From NCBI GenBank assembly GCA_965219995.1, contig CBDCOX010000002.1, positions 2,752,001 to 2,816,000 of the forward strand: DNA of 64,000 nucleotides, read 5' to 3'. The first letter of the stretch is position 1. Each line of letters opens with the position of its first letter. A program made the position numbers and the translations under genes. Origin of the DNA: Candidatus Latescibacterota bacterium. GTDB taxonomy: Bacteria; Latescibacterota; UBA2968; GCA-2709665. Positions 28,432 to 38,269 of the stretch are shown here, piece after piece. Below the pieces are notes generated by a model. That model did not search any database, was not told the origin of the DNA, and saw nothing but the letters and a program-made list of their open reading frames with translations.

Positions 28432-28752
28432 ATGGCCAATTATATGTTCCGCACCAGGTACACGCGGTCGGGTCTCGAGGGCCTGCTCAGAGAAGGAGGC
28501 ACGGGCCGGCGAGAGGCTTTGAGGCAGACCATCGAAGGGATGGGCGGAAAGCTGGAGGGCTTCTACTACGCGATGGGCGATGACGATCTCATCCTGATCG
28601 CGGAGATTCCCGATCAAACCACCGCGGCGGCCATCGCGCTGAATATCGCCGCCGCAGGGGCGCTGGAGGTCTCCACGACGGTCCTGGTATCGCCGGAGAC
28701 CATCGACGAAGCGGTGAACAAGAGCGTGCCGTACCGCCTGCCTGGCGAGTGA
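28432..28752 (+). CDS. GYD-domain protein
   Basis: AGGAGG RBS; 'YT..GLEGL..EGG..R', 'GGKLEGFYYAMGDDD', 'YRLPG'. Confidence 0.85.
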   Translation: MANYMFRTRYTRSGLEGLLREGGTGRREALRQTIEGMGGKLEGFYYAMGDDDLILIAEIPDQTTAAAIALNIAAAGALEVSTTVLVSPETIDEAVNKSVPYRLPGE

Positions 28753-28866
28753 ATCTGGTGTCCTGAACAGATAATACCTCACCCTTTTGACGATGAAGGC
28801 CCCTTTTCGCATCTGAGAAGGGGCCGCTTACATGTTTGAGGTGCTGGAATTCAAAGGGTTTGATTC

Positions 28867-31065
28867 ATGACAATACAGGTTGAGGGTCAGGTTCGCGACG
28901 TTTCCTCGAGACGCGGACTCGAGAATGTCCCCGTTTCCAACGGGGAGCACGTGGTACGAACGGACGCGGCCGGGCGCTACGCCCTTCAGGTCTCGCCGGA
29001 TGGGCACCGATTTGTCTTCGTGACGGTACCGGATGGCTATCGGCCAGGTGAGGACTTCTACCGGTCGACGGCGGGTTGGACCGGCGACCAACGCAGGGTT
29101 GATTTCGACGTCGCGAGGCTGCCGGATGGGGACAGTGAAACCTTCTCGATGGCTCATATCAGCGACACCCATGTCGTGCTGGACGAAGACCGGACGCCTG
29201 GCAGGATGTTGTCGCAGGATCTGCGACAGCTGGTTCGCGAAGCCGACCCGGAACTGATCGTCGCGAGCGGGGACCTGACGGATTGGGGGACGCTGGAGGA
29301 ACTCGAACAGTTTCGCGCCGCCATCAAAAGCGTCTCGACGCCAGTGTTGCCCATGTTCGGTGGTCACGACGGGAATCAAGAGCGTTTCGGCGATCTAACG
29401 GTGGAAGAGTTGGTCGCGTTGAAACACAGGAGAGAGTACGCGAAGATCGAGGAGATCCTGAAGCAGCGGGAAGGGCAACCCTTCACCCGCAACTATGAAC
29501 GGGTACTCGGCCCCCCGTATTACAGTTTCGATCGCGGACGATGGCATTTTGTCCTCTATCCGAACGAGGATAATTTCTACCCGCAGGTGGACCGGAAGCG
29601 TAAGGAAGATTGGCTGTGGGCGGACCTGTCGCAACAACCGCGTGATCGTAGAATCGTCGTCTTCCTTCACAAGCCGCCGTCCATACCTTTTCTGAACGCT
29701 TTGAGCCGGTACCGGGTAGAGTTGGTCATGCATGGGCATTGGCACTCCAGCAAGGTGTTCACCCGGGAAGGAATTGTCGTTGCGGCGGTACCCCCGCTCT
29801 GTTTCGGCGGGCTCGATACACGACCGCGGGGCTCTCGAATCGTTGAATTTAAGGTTGCGGATTTCAGGTTTCGGCTTGAGCCGCTCTCTGTCGGGGCAAG
29901 CCCGTCGGGACCTTCGTCGAATACATCGATATCGCTCGATGACACCGGCCGGACCATGCGGCTTGTCTGGACGCATCAGCTTCCGGTGGGGGTGCACCGT
30001 GCGGCGCCGGTCCGTTCCGGCGATCGGATCCTGATAAGCCTCGCCGATGAAGGAGTTCCGGCCCAAAACGGCGTCGCGTGTCTCGACGCCGGAAGCGGCG
30101 CGCTTTCATGGCGGGTCTCGACGGAAACAGCTGTCAAGAACAGCGTGGCGATCACCCCGCCTTCAGCAGCTGCTGACACCGGGACCGATCTATGCGCAGC
30201 GGTGTCGGTCGCCGGGCGATTGTATTCGATGGAAACGGAATCGGGACGCGTTCGCTGGAAGGCAGACCTGCCAGGATATCCGGAGCGGTGGATCTATGCT
30301 TCTCCCGCGATTGACGGCGAGACGGTGTACGCGGGCGGCAAGTCCGGTTATGGGGCGTACGATCTGACAACCGGCGAGCAGCGGTGGTACACGTCGCTTG
30401 AAGGCGGCGATGGGTGGCCTTGCTACGCGAGTCCTCAGGTCTGCGGCGACCTGCTCATTCTGCTCGTCCAGCGCCGCGGGCTGATGGCGCTGGACAGGCA
30501 TAACGGCAAGGTGGTCTGGGAACGGACCATGGGCGTCGAGAATCCCTACGCGCAACCTCTGGTGGACGGCGGTGTCCTGATCACCGGCAGCGGCGCCCCG
30601 GTTCTTCACTGGTACGGCGGCGAACCGGCGCACATGGCGGGCCTGAGTATCAGTACCGGCGAACTGATGTGGGACCGGCCGGTGCTTCCTTCGAGATATC
30701 CCACCGGGCTGGCGATTCGGGGCGACCGGTTCTACGCGACCACGCCGGACGGCGAGGCGCTGTGTTTCAATCTCCACACCGGCGCGTTGCAGTGGCGATT
30801 CGGGACGGGCAATGACCTTATGGACATGGTCCCGGCGCGCCGCGGCGTCCGATCCATCCTGGCCGCGCCAGTCTTCTACAAGGACCGTCTGCTCATTGGC
30901 GGCGGTGACGGTTGCCTCTACGTACTGAATGCCGAAACCGGCGCACGCATCGGCCGCGCGGCGCTCGGATCCCAAATCGCGGCCGCTCCGTGTCTCACCA
31001 ATGACGGGTTCTGCGTGGGCACGTACGACGGTCGGTTGTATTGCTTCGCTGAATGTGAGGGATAG
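28867..31065 (+). CDS. Calcineurin-like metallophosphoesterase fused to PQQ-type beta-propeller
   Basis: N-domain 'VPVSNG..VVRTD..GRY'; 'ISDTH', 'GDLTD', 'GGHD', 'HGHWH'; C-terminal BamB/PQQ repeats. Confidence 0.85.
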   Translation: MTIQVEGQVRDVSSRRGLENVPVSNGEHVVRTDAAGRYALQVSPDGHRFVFVTVPDGYRPGEDFYRSTAGWTGDQRRVDFDVARLPDGDSETFSMAHISDTHVVLDEDRTPGRMLSQDLRQLVREADPELIVASGDLTDWGTLEELEQFRAAIKSVSTPVLPMFGGHDGNQERFGDLTVEELVALKHRREYAKIEEILKQREGQPFTRNYERVLGPPYYSFDRGRWHFVLYPNEDNFYPQVDRKRKEDWLWADLSQQPRDRRIVVFLHKPPSIPFLNALSRYRVELVMHGHWHSSKVFTREGIVVAAVPPLCFGGLDTRPRGSRIVEFKVADFRFRLEPLSVGASPSGPSSNTSISLDDTGRTMRLVWTHQLPVGVHRAAPVRSGDRILISLADEGVPAQNGVACLDAGSGALSWRVSTETAVKNSVAITPPSAAADTGTDLCAAVSVAGRLYSMETESGRVRWKADLPGYPERWIYASPAIDGETVYAGGKSGYGAYDLTTGEQRWYTSLEGGDGWPCYASPQVCGDLLILLVQRRGLMALDRHNGKVVWERTMGVENPYAQPLVDGGVLITGSGAPVLHWYGGEPAHMAGLSISTGELMWDRPVLPSRYPTGLAIRGDRFYATTPDGEALCFNLHTGALQWRFGTGNDLMDMVPARRGVRSILAAPVFYKDRLLIGGGDGCLYVLNAETGARIGRAALGSQIAAAPCLTNDGFCVGTYDGRLYCFAECEG

Positions 31066-31106
31066 CAATCCTGCGTTCGCACTTTAAGGGAAGTACGGGA
31101 GGTTTC

Positions 31107-32108
31107 ATGGCATCGCCTTTACAATCACAGCCTTGGGAACGGCCGGATACGCCGATCTTCAGCAATTCTCCGCCGCCGCAGGCGTGGATGAAATGCAACA
31201 TCTACTGCCCACGCGTCATCTACGCGGAGGGAAAATACCGTATGTGGTTCAGCGGGTCGGCGGTGCGTCCGACGCTGTATCGAACGTGTATCGGATACGC
31301 CGAATCGGACGACGGCCTCGCATGGACGCTCCACCCCGACAATCCGATTCTGACGGCCGACAGTCTTACCTGGGGTCAGAACCTGAATACCCCCAGAGTG
31401 CTGTACGACGAGGACGAGCAACATTACAAGATGTGGTTCCTGAGCACGACCCACGTGGAATACCGGGACGACGGCATTCTGGCGAAGAATATCAATTCGG
31501 CCATGGGGTATGCCACCAGTCGCGATGGCATCCACTGGGACTTCTGGCCCGAACCCCTCATAGAGGAATGCCGGGCGCCGTGCGTGCACAAGGACGGCGC
31601 CGGATATCGCATGTGGCTCAACGCCAGGCCCAGTCCGGAGGACTCGTGGGAAGCGGCCTACGGCTATGTGTATGAGTTCAGGTCGGAGGATGGGATTGCA
31701 TGGACGCGGCGTGAACACCCGGCGGTTCAGGCAACGGGCAACACGAAGTCGTGCGTCTATCCGGAAGTTCATAAGATCAATGGGACGTATTACATGTGGC
31801 ATATCGGACATCTGAAGAAGAAGGACGGTCCGATGAATATGGTCTACCACGAGATCTTCTGCGATACGTCGACCGATGGAATTAACTGGACGCTGAATCA
31901 CGAGACCCCCGCGTTTGCCGCTTCGAGGGATCTGGAACGTTTCGACTGGAAGACGGTATCGACGCCGTGCGTGGTGGATATCGGCGACACGTTGCGGCTG
32001 TATTACGCGGGGTGCAATCTGAAGACGAATTTCAATCTGTTCGAAGGCGGTGACAACGGCGAGGGGATGCACATCGCCGTGGCCACGATGGAAAAAGACC
32101 GGTTATGA
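31107..32108 (+). CDS. Five-bladed propeller glycosidase-like protein (paralog of 3657/8827)
   Basis: 'IGYAESDDGLAW.LHPDNPIL', 'GYATSRDGIHW', 'SCVYPEV', 'VSTPCVVD'. Confidence 0.7.
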   Translation: MASPLQSQPWERPDTPIFSNSPPPQAWMKCNIYCPRVIYAEGKYRMWFSGSAVRPTLYRTCIGYAESDDGLAWTLHPDNPILTADSLTWGQNLNTPRVLYDEDEQHYKMWFLSTTHVEYRDDGILAKNINSAMGYATSRDGIHWDFWPEPLIEECRAPCVHKDGAGYRMWLNARPSPEDSWEAAYGYVYEFRSEDGIAWTRREHPAVQATGNTKSCVYPEVHKINGTYYMWHIGHLKKKDGPMNMVYHEIFCDTSTDGINWTLNHETPAFAASRDLERFDWKTVSTPCVVDIGDTLRLYYAGCNLKTNFNLFEGGDNGEGMHIAVATMEKDRL

Positions 32109-33046
32109 CGCTTCCGGAAGAATCGATGTGCCAACGTAAAATACAGGCGACGGAGATTGACACCGGAATATCGGGTACAATCCGCACGTCCATAGATTTC
32201 CTCGACTCTGACGAAATCTTCCACGTTCCGGACCGGAACAGCCGGACGAAATGGAATGGGCCGTGGTGGCACATGGCGGCGCTGTTCGAGACGGGTGAGT
32301 CCGGACGAATTCCGGAATCGGCCGTCACCAGGGCGTTGAGACTCCTGAAAGACGGCGCCTGGCCCAGGTTCGTCATCAAGCCGGACGATGGGCCGCAATG
32401 CGGCTCCGACCGGACGAAAATGGACTGTTGCCACTGTGAGTTGGCCGTATTTTACATGATACTCGCGTCCTGTGGCTGCAACGTGGATGCCGAACTACCC
32501 TGGATTCGGGGGTGGTTTCTGCGTCACCAGTTGCCGGACGGCGGGTTGAATTGCTCCCCGGATGCCTATCGCGGCTCGAGGAAGAGCTCGATTGTCTCGA
32601 CGCTTCCGCCGCTGGAAGCCGTTCTCTTCTTCACCAGACGAAACTACACGGATGCGGAGAGGAATTTCCTGGACGAGGGCGCGCGCTACCTGATCGAACA
32701 TCGCCTCGTCTGCTCGAAGACGGTTGGCAATGTCATCGACGATGCCTGGTTGAAACCGCTGTTTCCCCGCTTCTTCGAATACGACATCCTGCGGGGCATG
32801 TACTTTCTCGCGGAGTGGGCACGAAGAACGGGAGGACCGCTTCCGATTGACGTGATCGAATGGGGCCTTGGCCGGCTCCGTCGACACATGGACGCTGGCG
32901 GAGTCGTCGTCGGTAGACATATCAACGATGGCAGCGGCGGATGGAATGGCAGCACGTTCTCGCTGATGGCGTCGACAGGCGCCGTCGGTACCGTTTCGCC
33001 ATACCTGACGAGGCAGCTGGACGTCGTGTTAAAGGCGGTGAGATAG
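32105..33046 (+). CDS. Hypothetical alpha/alpha-barrel protein (prenyltransferase/squalene-cyclase-like repeat)
   Basis: 'WFLRHQLPDGGLNC' QW-like repeat, 'FPRFFEYDILRGM'. Confidence 0.5.
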   Translation: MTLPEESMCQRKIQATEIDTGISGTIRTSIDFLDSDEIFHVPDRNSRTKWNGPWWHMAALFETGESGRIPESAVTRALRLLKDGAWPRFVIKPDDGPQCGSDRTKMDCCHCELAVFYMILASCGCNVDAELPWIRGWFLRHQLPDGGLNCSPDAYRGSRKSSIVSTLPPLEAVLFFTRRNYTDAERNFLDEGARYLIEHRLVCSKTVGNVIDDAWLKPLFPRFFEYDILRGMYFLAEWARRTGGPLPIDVIEWGLGRLRRHMDAGGVVVGRHINDGSGGWNGSTFSLMASTGAVGTVSPYLTRQLDVVLKAVR

Positions 33047-33071
33047 AGCAGCATTCAGTTGTCAGTTGTCG

Positions 33072-33424
33072 GCCGTCAGCCAGAAGCAAAAGCGAAAACC
33101 AGCTCACACGGAGACACGAAGACGCAAAGAACGGCAAATGTCGGCCGAAGTCCGGTAACGAAATTGCCAGGCGATAAATACGCGTTCCGGCTGGCGGACC
33201 TATCCCCCCTGCCTGCCGAAAAACCACCGGCAGGCAGGGACCCTTTCCTAAAGGAAAGGGAAACGAGCGTCACGTGATAGGATCCCACTTTCCCCCTTCC
33301 TTTAGGAAGGGGGTCAGGGGGTAGGTCTCGATGGCGGTTAGACGGGAGAGATTGTCTGCCCTGTGCGGTTTCATATCTTGCCAGAGGCATAACGGCAGAA
33401 CCAATCGGGCAAGGATTTCATCTA
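33072..33424. repeat. Composite repeat region (CACGGAGACACGAAGAC block, REP-type palindromes, 61-bp hairpin unit)
   Basis: 33090..33130 matches 47481..47521 (2 mismatches); 33364..33424 matches 47739..47799 (6 mismatches); CCTGCCTGCCG..CGGCAGGCAGG and CCCCTTCCTTTAGGAAGGGG palindromes. Confidence 0.75.
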
Positions 33425-33443
33425 TCGAAAACAGGAGAATCCC

Positions 33444-33860
33444 ATGGAAGTCAACAGGGTCGTCCCCTTTTTCGCCGTGAAAGAAATGCAGAAGTCGCTG
33501 GCGTTCTATCTCGACGGACTCGGCTTCGAGCTGGAGGGCAAGTGGGTCAAAGAAGGCGTAATCAGGTGGTGCAGCCTGCGGATCGGCAACGCCGAATTGA
33601 TGCTCCAGGAATTCAGGACCGAAGGCCACGATTCACGGCAATTCAGCGAGAACAAAGGCGAAGGCGTCTCGCTGTTCTTCTTCTGCGACGACGCGGTTGC
33701 ATACTACCGGGACGTCCGGTCGCGGGGCGTCGACGCTTCCGAGCCGCAGGTGGGAAACGGGATGTGGGTCACGTCCCTGGCCGATCCCGACGGATATAGC
33801 CTGTACTTTCAAAGCGCCACGGATGTGCCCGAGGAGACGAGACTATCGGAAGTGGAATGA
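33444..33860 (+). CDS. VOC/glyoxalase/bleomycin-resistance family protein
   Basis: 'PFFAV..MQKSLAFY.DGLGF', 'LADPDGY.LYF'; AGGAG RBS. Confidence 0.9.
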   Translation: MEVNRVVPFFAVKEMQKSLAFYLDGLGFELEGKWVKEGVIRWCSLRIGNAELMLQEFRTEGHDSRQFSENKGEGVSLFFFCDDAVAYYRDVRSRGVDASEPQVGNGMWVTSLADPDGYSLYFQSATDVPEETRLSEVE

Positions 33861-33942
33861 ATGTCGAGGAGTTACACACCGAAGTGAGCGGCCGTAGCCT
33901 TGCCGAACGGAGCGAGAGGCGATTGAAGTGGGACAATCGGGG

Positions 33943-35181
33943 ATGACCGACGGGGAACTGGAAACGAAGGCGATCAGGATCCAGTCCGTGGTGGAGGACA
34001 ACGTGGTGCAGCACCACGGCATGGTGCCCATGCTCGTTCGCGCCTGCGACTATCAGTTGCCGTCCGAGGATGACTATCGCGGCGCGTACCGCCACCGGCA
34101 CCTCCTGGGAAAGACCGAGGCGGAGGTCGGCATCGCCCCCATGCACGTCTGGCGCGCGTGGGAGAATACGCCCACGGACACCGCGTGGTATCTTGGCGCA
34201 ATGAGTTACCGGTACCGATGCGATGGCAACCCGAACGTCCTGGCAATCTGCAGGCGCACCTTCGGGGGTCTGAAGTATATCCATGGGCTCGGCGTCGAGA
34301 AGGGCGAAAGGGGGTTCATGTGCAAACCGTACGGCGGTGTGTACAGCAATCAGGCATCGGGCGACCAGGTGCAATGTATTCTGGTCGGGCTGGCCGCGTA
34401 CCGGCCCATTGCGCCGCCCGAAGACCTCGCCGCTATCGACGAGATCCTCGTGGACATGGCCGATTTCGACATCAAATGGAATTACGTCTCCCCCCATGGC
34501 TATTTCGGACATACCTACGAGTCTCTCGTAGAGTCTATTCTGGGTGAGAACTGGACCAATGCCGCGTGGTCCTACGCCATCATCCACACCCCCCTGCTGT
34601 ACCTGGCCTGGCAGGCCGCGGGACATCCGAAGTACCTCCGCGAGATCCACCGCTGGTACGAGGCCTGCGATACGAGCATCAGGTTCGAGCGCCCCACGGG
34701 CAGGATCACCGGCAGCCAGGGATGGCGCACGCTTTACCTGCCGGCGCTGTTGATGGCGTTCGATCCGGCGAACCACGAATTGTGGCGAAGCCTGATGCTG
34801 CAGACCTACGATATGGTTCGATCGGGCGTGCTGGAAGACGGGACGCAGGCTTACCAATGGAATTTCGACGTGGAAAGCGGCGAACGCGAACTCCTTCCCG
34901 CCAGTCTGTGGGGGGCGGGTCCCGCCGCGACCGGCAGGTCGGGCATCTTCGCCAGGGCCTGCGTCGCGGCGCAGCCGTGGTTTCCGGACGAGGACATGGC
35001 GTCCACCGCCCGGCATATTCTTGAGAATCTCGATTTGGATACATTCCGGTTTATCATGCCGCTGAATGAAAACCAGCCGGTGCCGCCTGAATGGAGGGTG
35101 GAGACCGGGCTGCTTGACATGGACAGCCTGACCGGATGGCTTTGGGGCTACTGGGAGGGCCGGTGGCGCGGGTACTGGTAA
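33943..35181 (+). CDS. Hypothetical protein, probable helical (alpha/alpha) toroid
   Basis: Long ORF with GC-type codon usage in operon context; 'WENT..DTAWYLGAMSYRY', 'SGDQ'. Confidence 0.55.
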   Translation: MTDGELETKAIRIQSVVEDNVVQHHGMVPMLVRACDYQLPSEDDYRGAYRHRHLLGKTEAEVGIAPMHVWRAWENTPTDTAWYLGAMSYRYRCDGNPNVLAICRRTFGGLKYIHGLGVEKGERGFMCKPYGGVYSNQASGDQVQCILVGLAAYRPIAPPEDLAAIDEILVDMADFDIKWNYVSPHGYFGHTYESLVESILGENWTNAAWSYAIIHTPLLYLAWQAAGHPKYLREIHRWYEACDTSIRFERPTGRITGSQGWRTLYLPALLMAFDPANHELWRSLMLQTYDMVRSGVLEDGTQAYQWNFDVESGERELLPASLWGAGPAATGRSGIFARACVAAQPWFPDEDMASTARHILENLDLDTFRFIMPLNENQPVPPEWRVETGLLDMDSLTGWLWGYWEGRWRGYW

Positions 35182-35293
35182 GTTGATCGAAATGTAGAGC
35201 CGACTCTTCGCCCTCAAGAGACCGACCGATCTGCGCGAAGCCGCTGATCACTCGCCTGGAGTTTGGATACGGATCCGGGCACGGGAGGTTCAA

Positions 35294-37396
35294 ATGAAAC
35301 CGCGGAAGATACAGCGAATCGCCTTCCTGCAGGACTACAGGAACCGGCCGGAGTCGCTTGTGGACGAGATTCCGGAGGTGGCCGGCCTGGGTTACCACGA
35401 GGTTACCGTGGCGGCAGTGATCGGCCACGAAGAGGCGGTAGCGGAGGTGGCCGGAAAAGCGGAGGAATATGGCCTCGAGGTCTCCACGTTCACCGGATTC
35501 ATGAAATACGCCTACCAGCATCTGGACGAGCATCCCGAGCAGAAGGCCGTGTTCAGCAAGGATGCGGACCACGAGGAACTGGGAAACCTGCCGGCCGTGT
35601 GGGGGTGTCCGTATAACAGGGTGTTCCAGAAGCGGTACCTCGATTTCCTGGAAAGGCTGGCCGAGATACCGAATCTCACGGAAGTGTGGGTGAACGACGA
35701 AGCCTATTTCGGCAGGGAAATCGATCTTCTGGCGTGCTACTGCAAGACCTGCCAGGCGGACTGGGATGACGAAGTCGGCGGGAGGATCCCCATGCCGCCG
35801 TTCAGCGACATGGACGAGAAGGCGCGGCTGGTGACCTGGCGGTTCCGGCGCTGGAACGAAGTACACGGAAAAATGAAAACGGCCCTGAACCGGAATCGCC
35901 GGATCCGGGCGGTATTTCAGAGCGGCCCGCAGCCCTTCTGGGACATCAACCCCTGGATATGCGGTATGGACATCGACGGAATGGTCGAAGCCATCGACGG
36001 CCTCGCAGTCGACGCCTATTACACCTGCGTGCTGCCGGCGGTGGGCAGCGGCCTGTTCACACCGCCCGAGATTTTCCTGAGCGAGTGCTGTCGATTCATC
36101 CGGGGGATGACGCTGGGAGAGGACAAGGTGAGCGTGATGCTGGGGCAGGGGATGTCGCACCCTGAATTCCACAGGCCGCTGGACGAAAGGGACGGATGGT
36201 GGCAGGCCGTGGTTCCGCCGGCCCTGGGCGTGGATCGCGTGACGGCCTATACGTACCGCCTTCAGCGAGCGTCTCCCATGCACCGGACCTTCCAGGAGGC
36301 GTTTCGTCTGGACCCCCATTTCGAACGCACCGAGCCCGTTGTTTCCGTAGCCGTCGTGGACAGCCTGGAAACCCAGTGTTACGACGAGTCCTTACCCGCC
36401 AGGGGCCGCGAGAACTGGCGCATGAGCCGGATGTTCTCCATGGGACAGATGGCCGCCCACTACGGTCTGTCCCATGGGTATCTGCCCTCGTCGAAACTCG
36501 TCCCCGAACATCTGGAACGATATCCGGCGGTGGTGCTGCCCAATGTCTCCTGCCTGTCCACCGACCAAAGAGAAGCGCTCCGTGCGTATGTACAGGACGG
36601 CGGTACGCTGGTGGCGGCGGGGGAAACGGCGACCGGGGACGAAATGGGACGCCCTTCGGACCTGTCGTTTCTCAATGAAGTATTCGGAATTTCGTCGTGT
36701 ACACCCGGCGGGAGTTCCCGCATCTTTGCGGCCGTGAGCGACCACGCGGCGTTCGAAGACCTTCCATGGCCGGATGAGAAAACCGCGTGGGACCCGTGGA
36801 AGGGCGGCAACCGACCTGTGCTCGGGCTGGACCTGGCGGTGGACGTCACATCGGAAGGCGAAGCGGATGTGCTGGCGGTGTTCGAGGAAGCGGGATCCCC
36901 GACCTCGCGTCCCGCCGTCACATTGAAACGCTTCGGCAGGGGGAACGCCGTATTCCTGGCGGGCATCCCGTCTCGATGGATGGATCTCAGGCCGGCGGGC
37001 ACCACGGTTCTCAGCTTTTCCCGCCAGGTGCTGGCGCAGTTGATCCTGTCGCTGGTGGGAGAGAGGTTGCCTGTGGTCGCGAAGGGATTTCCACCACGGG
37101 TGCCGCTGCAGGAGGCCAGACCTCTGGATATTCGATGGAAGCCGACCGTGGAAATCATGCCCTCGGTGGGCGAAGACCTGATCCTGGTGACGGTGCCATC
37201 CTATTTCAGGGAGCCCGGCGCATTCCGGATCGAAGCGAGGCTGCCGGACGGCAAACAGTGCGCCGAAGTGAGGGAACTGGTGTCGGATCAGCCGGTGGCG
37301 GCAACGAGACGGGACGGGCGATCGGTGGAAATCGACGTCAACCTGACCACCGAGGATTTCCTGAAGGTATATGCATTCACCCTCGCCCCGGCCTAA
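35294..37396 (+). CDS. GH42-like TIM-barrel hydrolase with beta-galactosidase trimerisation-like domain (paralog 2)
   Basis: 'FTGFMKY', 'VWVNDEA', 'CYCKTC', 'VVLPNVSCLS..Q.EALRAYVQDGGTLVA', 'FGRGNAVFL'. Confidence 0.7.
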   Translation: MKPRKIQRIAFLQDYRNRPESLVDEIPEVAGLGYHEVTVAAVIGHEEAVAEVAGKAEEYGLEVSTFTGFMKYAYQHLDEHPEQKAVFSKDADHEELGNLPAVWGCPYNRVFQKRYLDFLERLAEIPNLTEVWVNDEAYFGREIDLLACYCKTCQADWDDEVGGRIPMPPFSDMDEKARLVTWRFRRWNEVHGKMKTALNRNRRIRAVFQSGPQPFWDINPWICGMDIDGMVEAIDGLAVDAYYTCVLPAVGSGLFTPPEIFLSECCRFIRGMTLGEDKVSVMLGQGMSHPEFHRPLDERDGWWQAVVPPALGVDRVTAYTYRLQRASPMHRTFQEAFRLDPHFERTEPVVSVAVVDSLETQCYDESLPARGRENWRMSRMFSMGQMAAHYGLSHGYLPSSKLVPEHLERYPAVVLPNVSCLSTDQREALRAYVQDGGTLVAAGETATGDEMGRPSDLSFLNEVFGISSCTPGGSSRIFAAVSDHAAFEDLPWPDEKTAWDPWKGGNRPVLGLDLAVDVTSEGEADVLAVFEEAGSPTSRPAVTLKRFGRGNAVFLAGIPSRWMDLRPAGTTVLSFSRQVLAQLILSLVGERLPVVAKGFPPRVPLQEARPLDIRWKPTVEIMPSVGEDLILVTVPSYFREPGAFRIEARLPDGKQCAEVRELVSDQPVAATRRDGRSVEIDVNLTTEDFLKVYAFTLAPA

Positions 37397-37443
37397 TCGG
37401 ACGGACGCGCCGACACCATTTTGTGCAACGTTAGCTATCGCAA

Positions 37444-37878
37444 TCAGGAACGATTGATTCGCGATCGGATGCAGGCGTCCACACCGTATTTTCCGGCGCC
37501 GACCAGCAGGAACATCACCGCGATAGCCAGGTAGAGAAGCGCCATCTCCTTCCTGCCGAACGGGTCTGCTGCGTGCACGCCGAACGCGGCCACCAGCATG
37601 GTGAATCCCATCAGCGCCGTGCCCGGCCGCGTCAGCAGTCCCAGCGCCAGCATCAGCCCGCCTCCGAACTCCCCGAACGCGGCCGCCCAGGCGAAGAACT
37701 CCGGAAGGGGAAATCCCAGCTTTGCCGTACCGGCCACCAGTCCGGGGGACGGCGGTATCTTCCCGATGCCGTGCCCGAATGCCATACTCAGCCCGGCAAT
37801 AACCCTCAGGATTGCCAGTCCCAGATTCGCCTTGTCGGACTCAATCTCCGCACCGCCAAACAACAGTTCCCTGTACAT
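37444..37878 (-). CDS. DoxX-family membrane protein
   Basis: 'LAILRVIAG.SMAFGHGIGK', 'EFGGGLMLALGLLTR', 'GAGKYGVD'. Confidence 0.92.
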   Translation of the reverse strand: MYRELLFGGAEIESDKANLGLAILRVIAGLSMAFGHGIGKIPPSPGLVAGTAKLGFPLPEFFAWAAAFGEFGGGLMLALGLLTRPGTALMGFTMLVAAFGVHAADPFGRKEMALLYLAIAVMFLLVGAGKYGVDACIRSRINRS

Positions 37879-37896
37879 ACGTGTTCTCCCGTTTTT

Positions 37897-38156
37897 CGAT
37901 TACGGTTAATCGTGGATGGCTTGTCCGGTCTCCCCAGGCTGCCAACCACCGCGCCGATCTTGTTGCTCTTTGCACCCCATAAGCTTACCTTACACCTGAA
38001 GTGACTTCCCCCAATGCATCCCCTTTTCAGATGCTCCAGGCGCAGTTGAGACCCACTCGATCTTCCAACCACAATACCGATAGTCAGTATCGTCAAAGAG
38101 ACGACGCGGTGCGGCTCAGTCTGCTGGGAACCGCCCGTAATTCGACGTCGACGACG
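37897..38156 (-). ncRNA. Candidate structured RNA or cis-regulatory leader of doxX (family not recognised)
   Basis: Nested long-range pairings and a multibranch loop with many G-U pairs on the minus strand; upstream sigma70 promoter. Confidence 0.6.
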
Positions 38157-38161
38157 ATTCA

Positions 38162-38190
38162 AGTATAGTACATAACCCTTTGAAAAGCAA
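38162..38190 (-). promoter_or_regulatory. Sigma70 promoter driving the structured RNA/doxX
   Basis: Minus strand TTGCTT-17 nt-TATACT. Confidence 0.7.
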
Positions 38191-38269
38191 GATCGGTCGA
38201 GTGCCGTTCCCTTGCCGGGCAAGGCGCCGCGTCAACTCGGCCTTTGTCAGCATAAAAGGAGAAAAGCGC

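Noticed and set aside
28798-28825. Hairpin GGCCCCTTTTC-GAGAAGGGGCC after the GYD gene
   Set aside because: It has no U-tract, so a terminator call is not supported.
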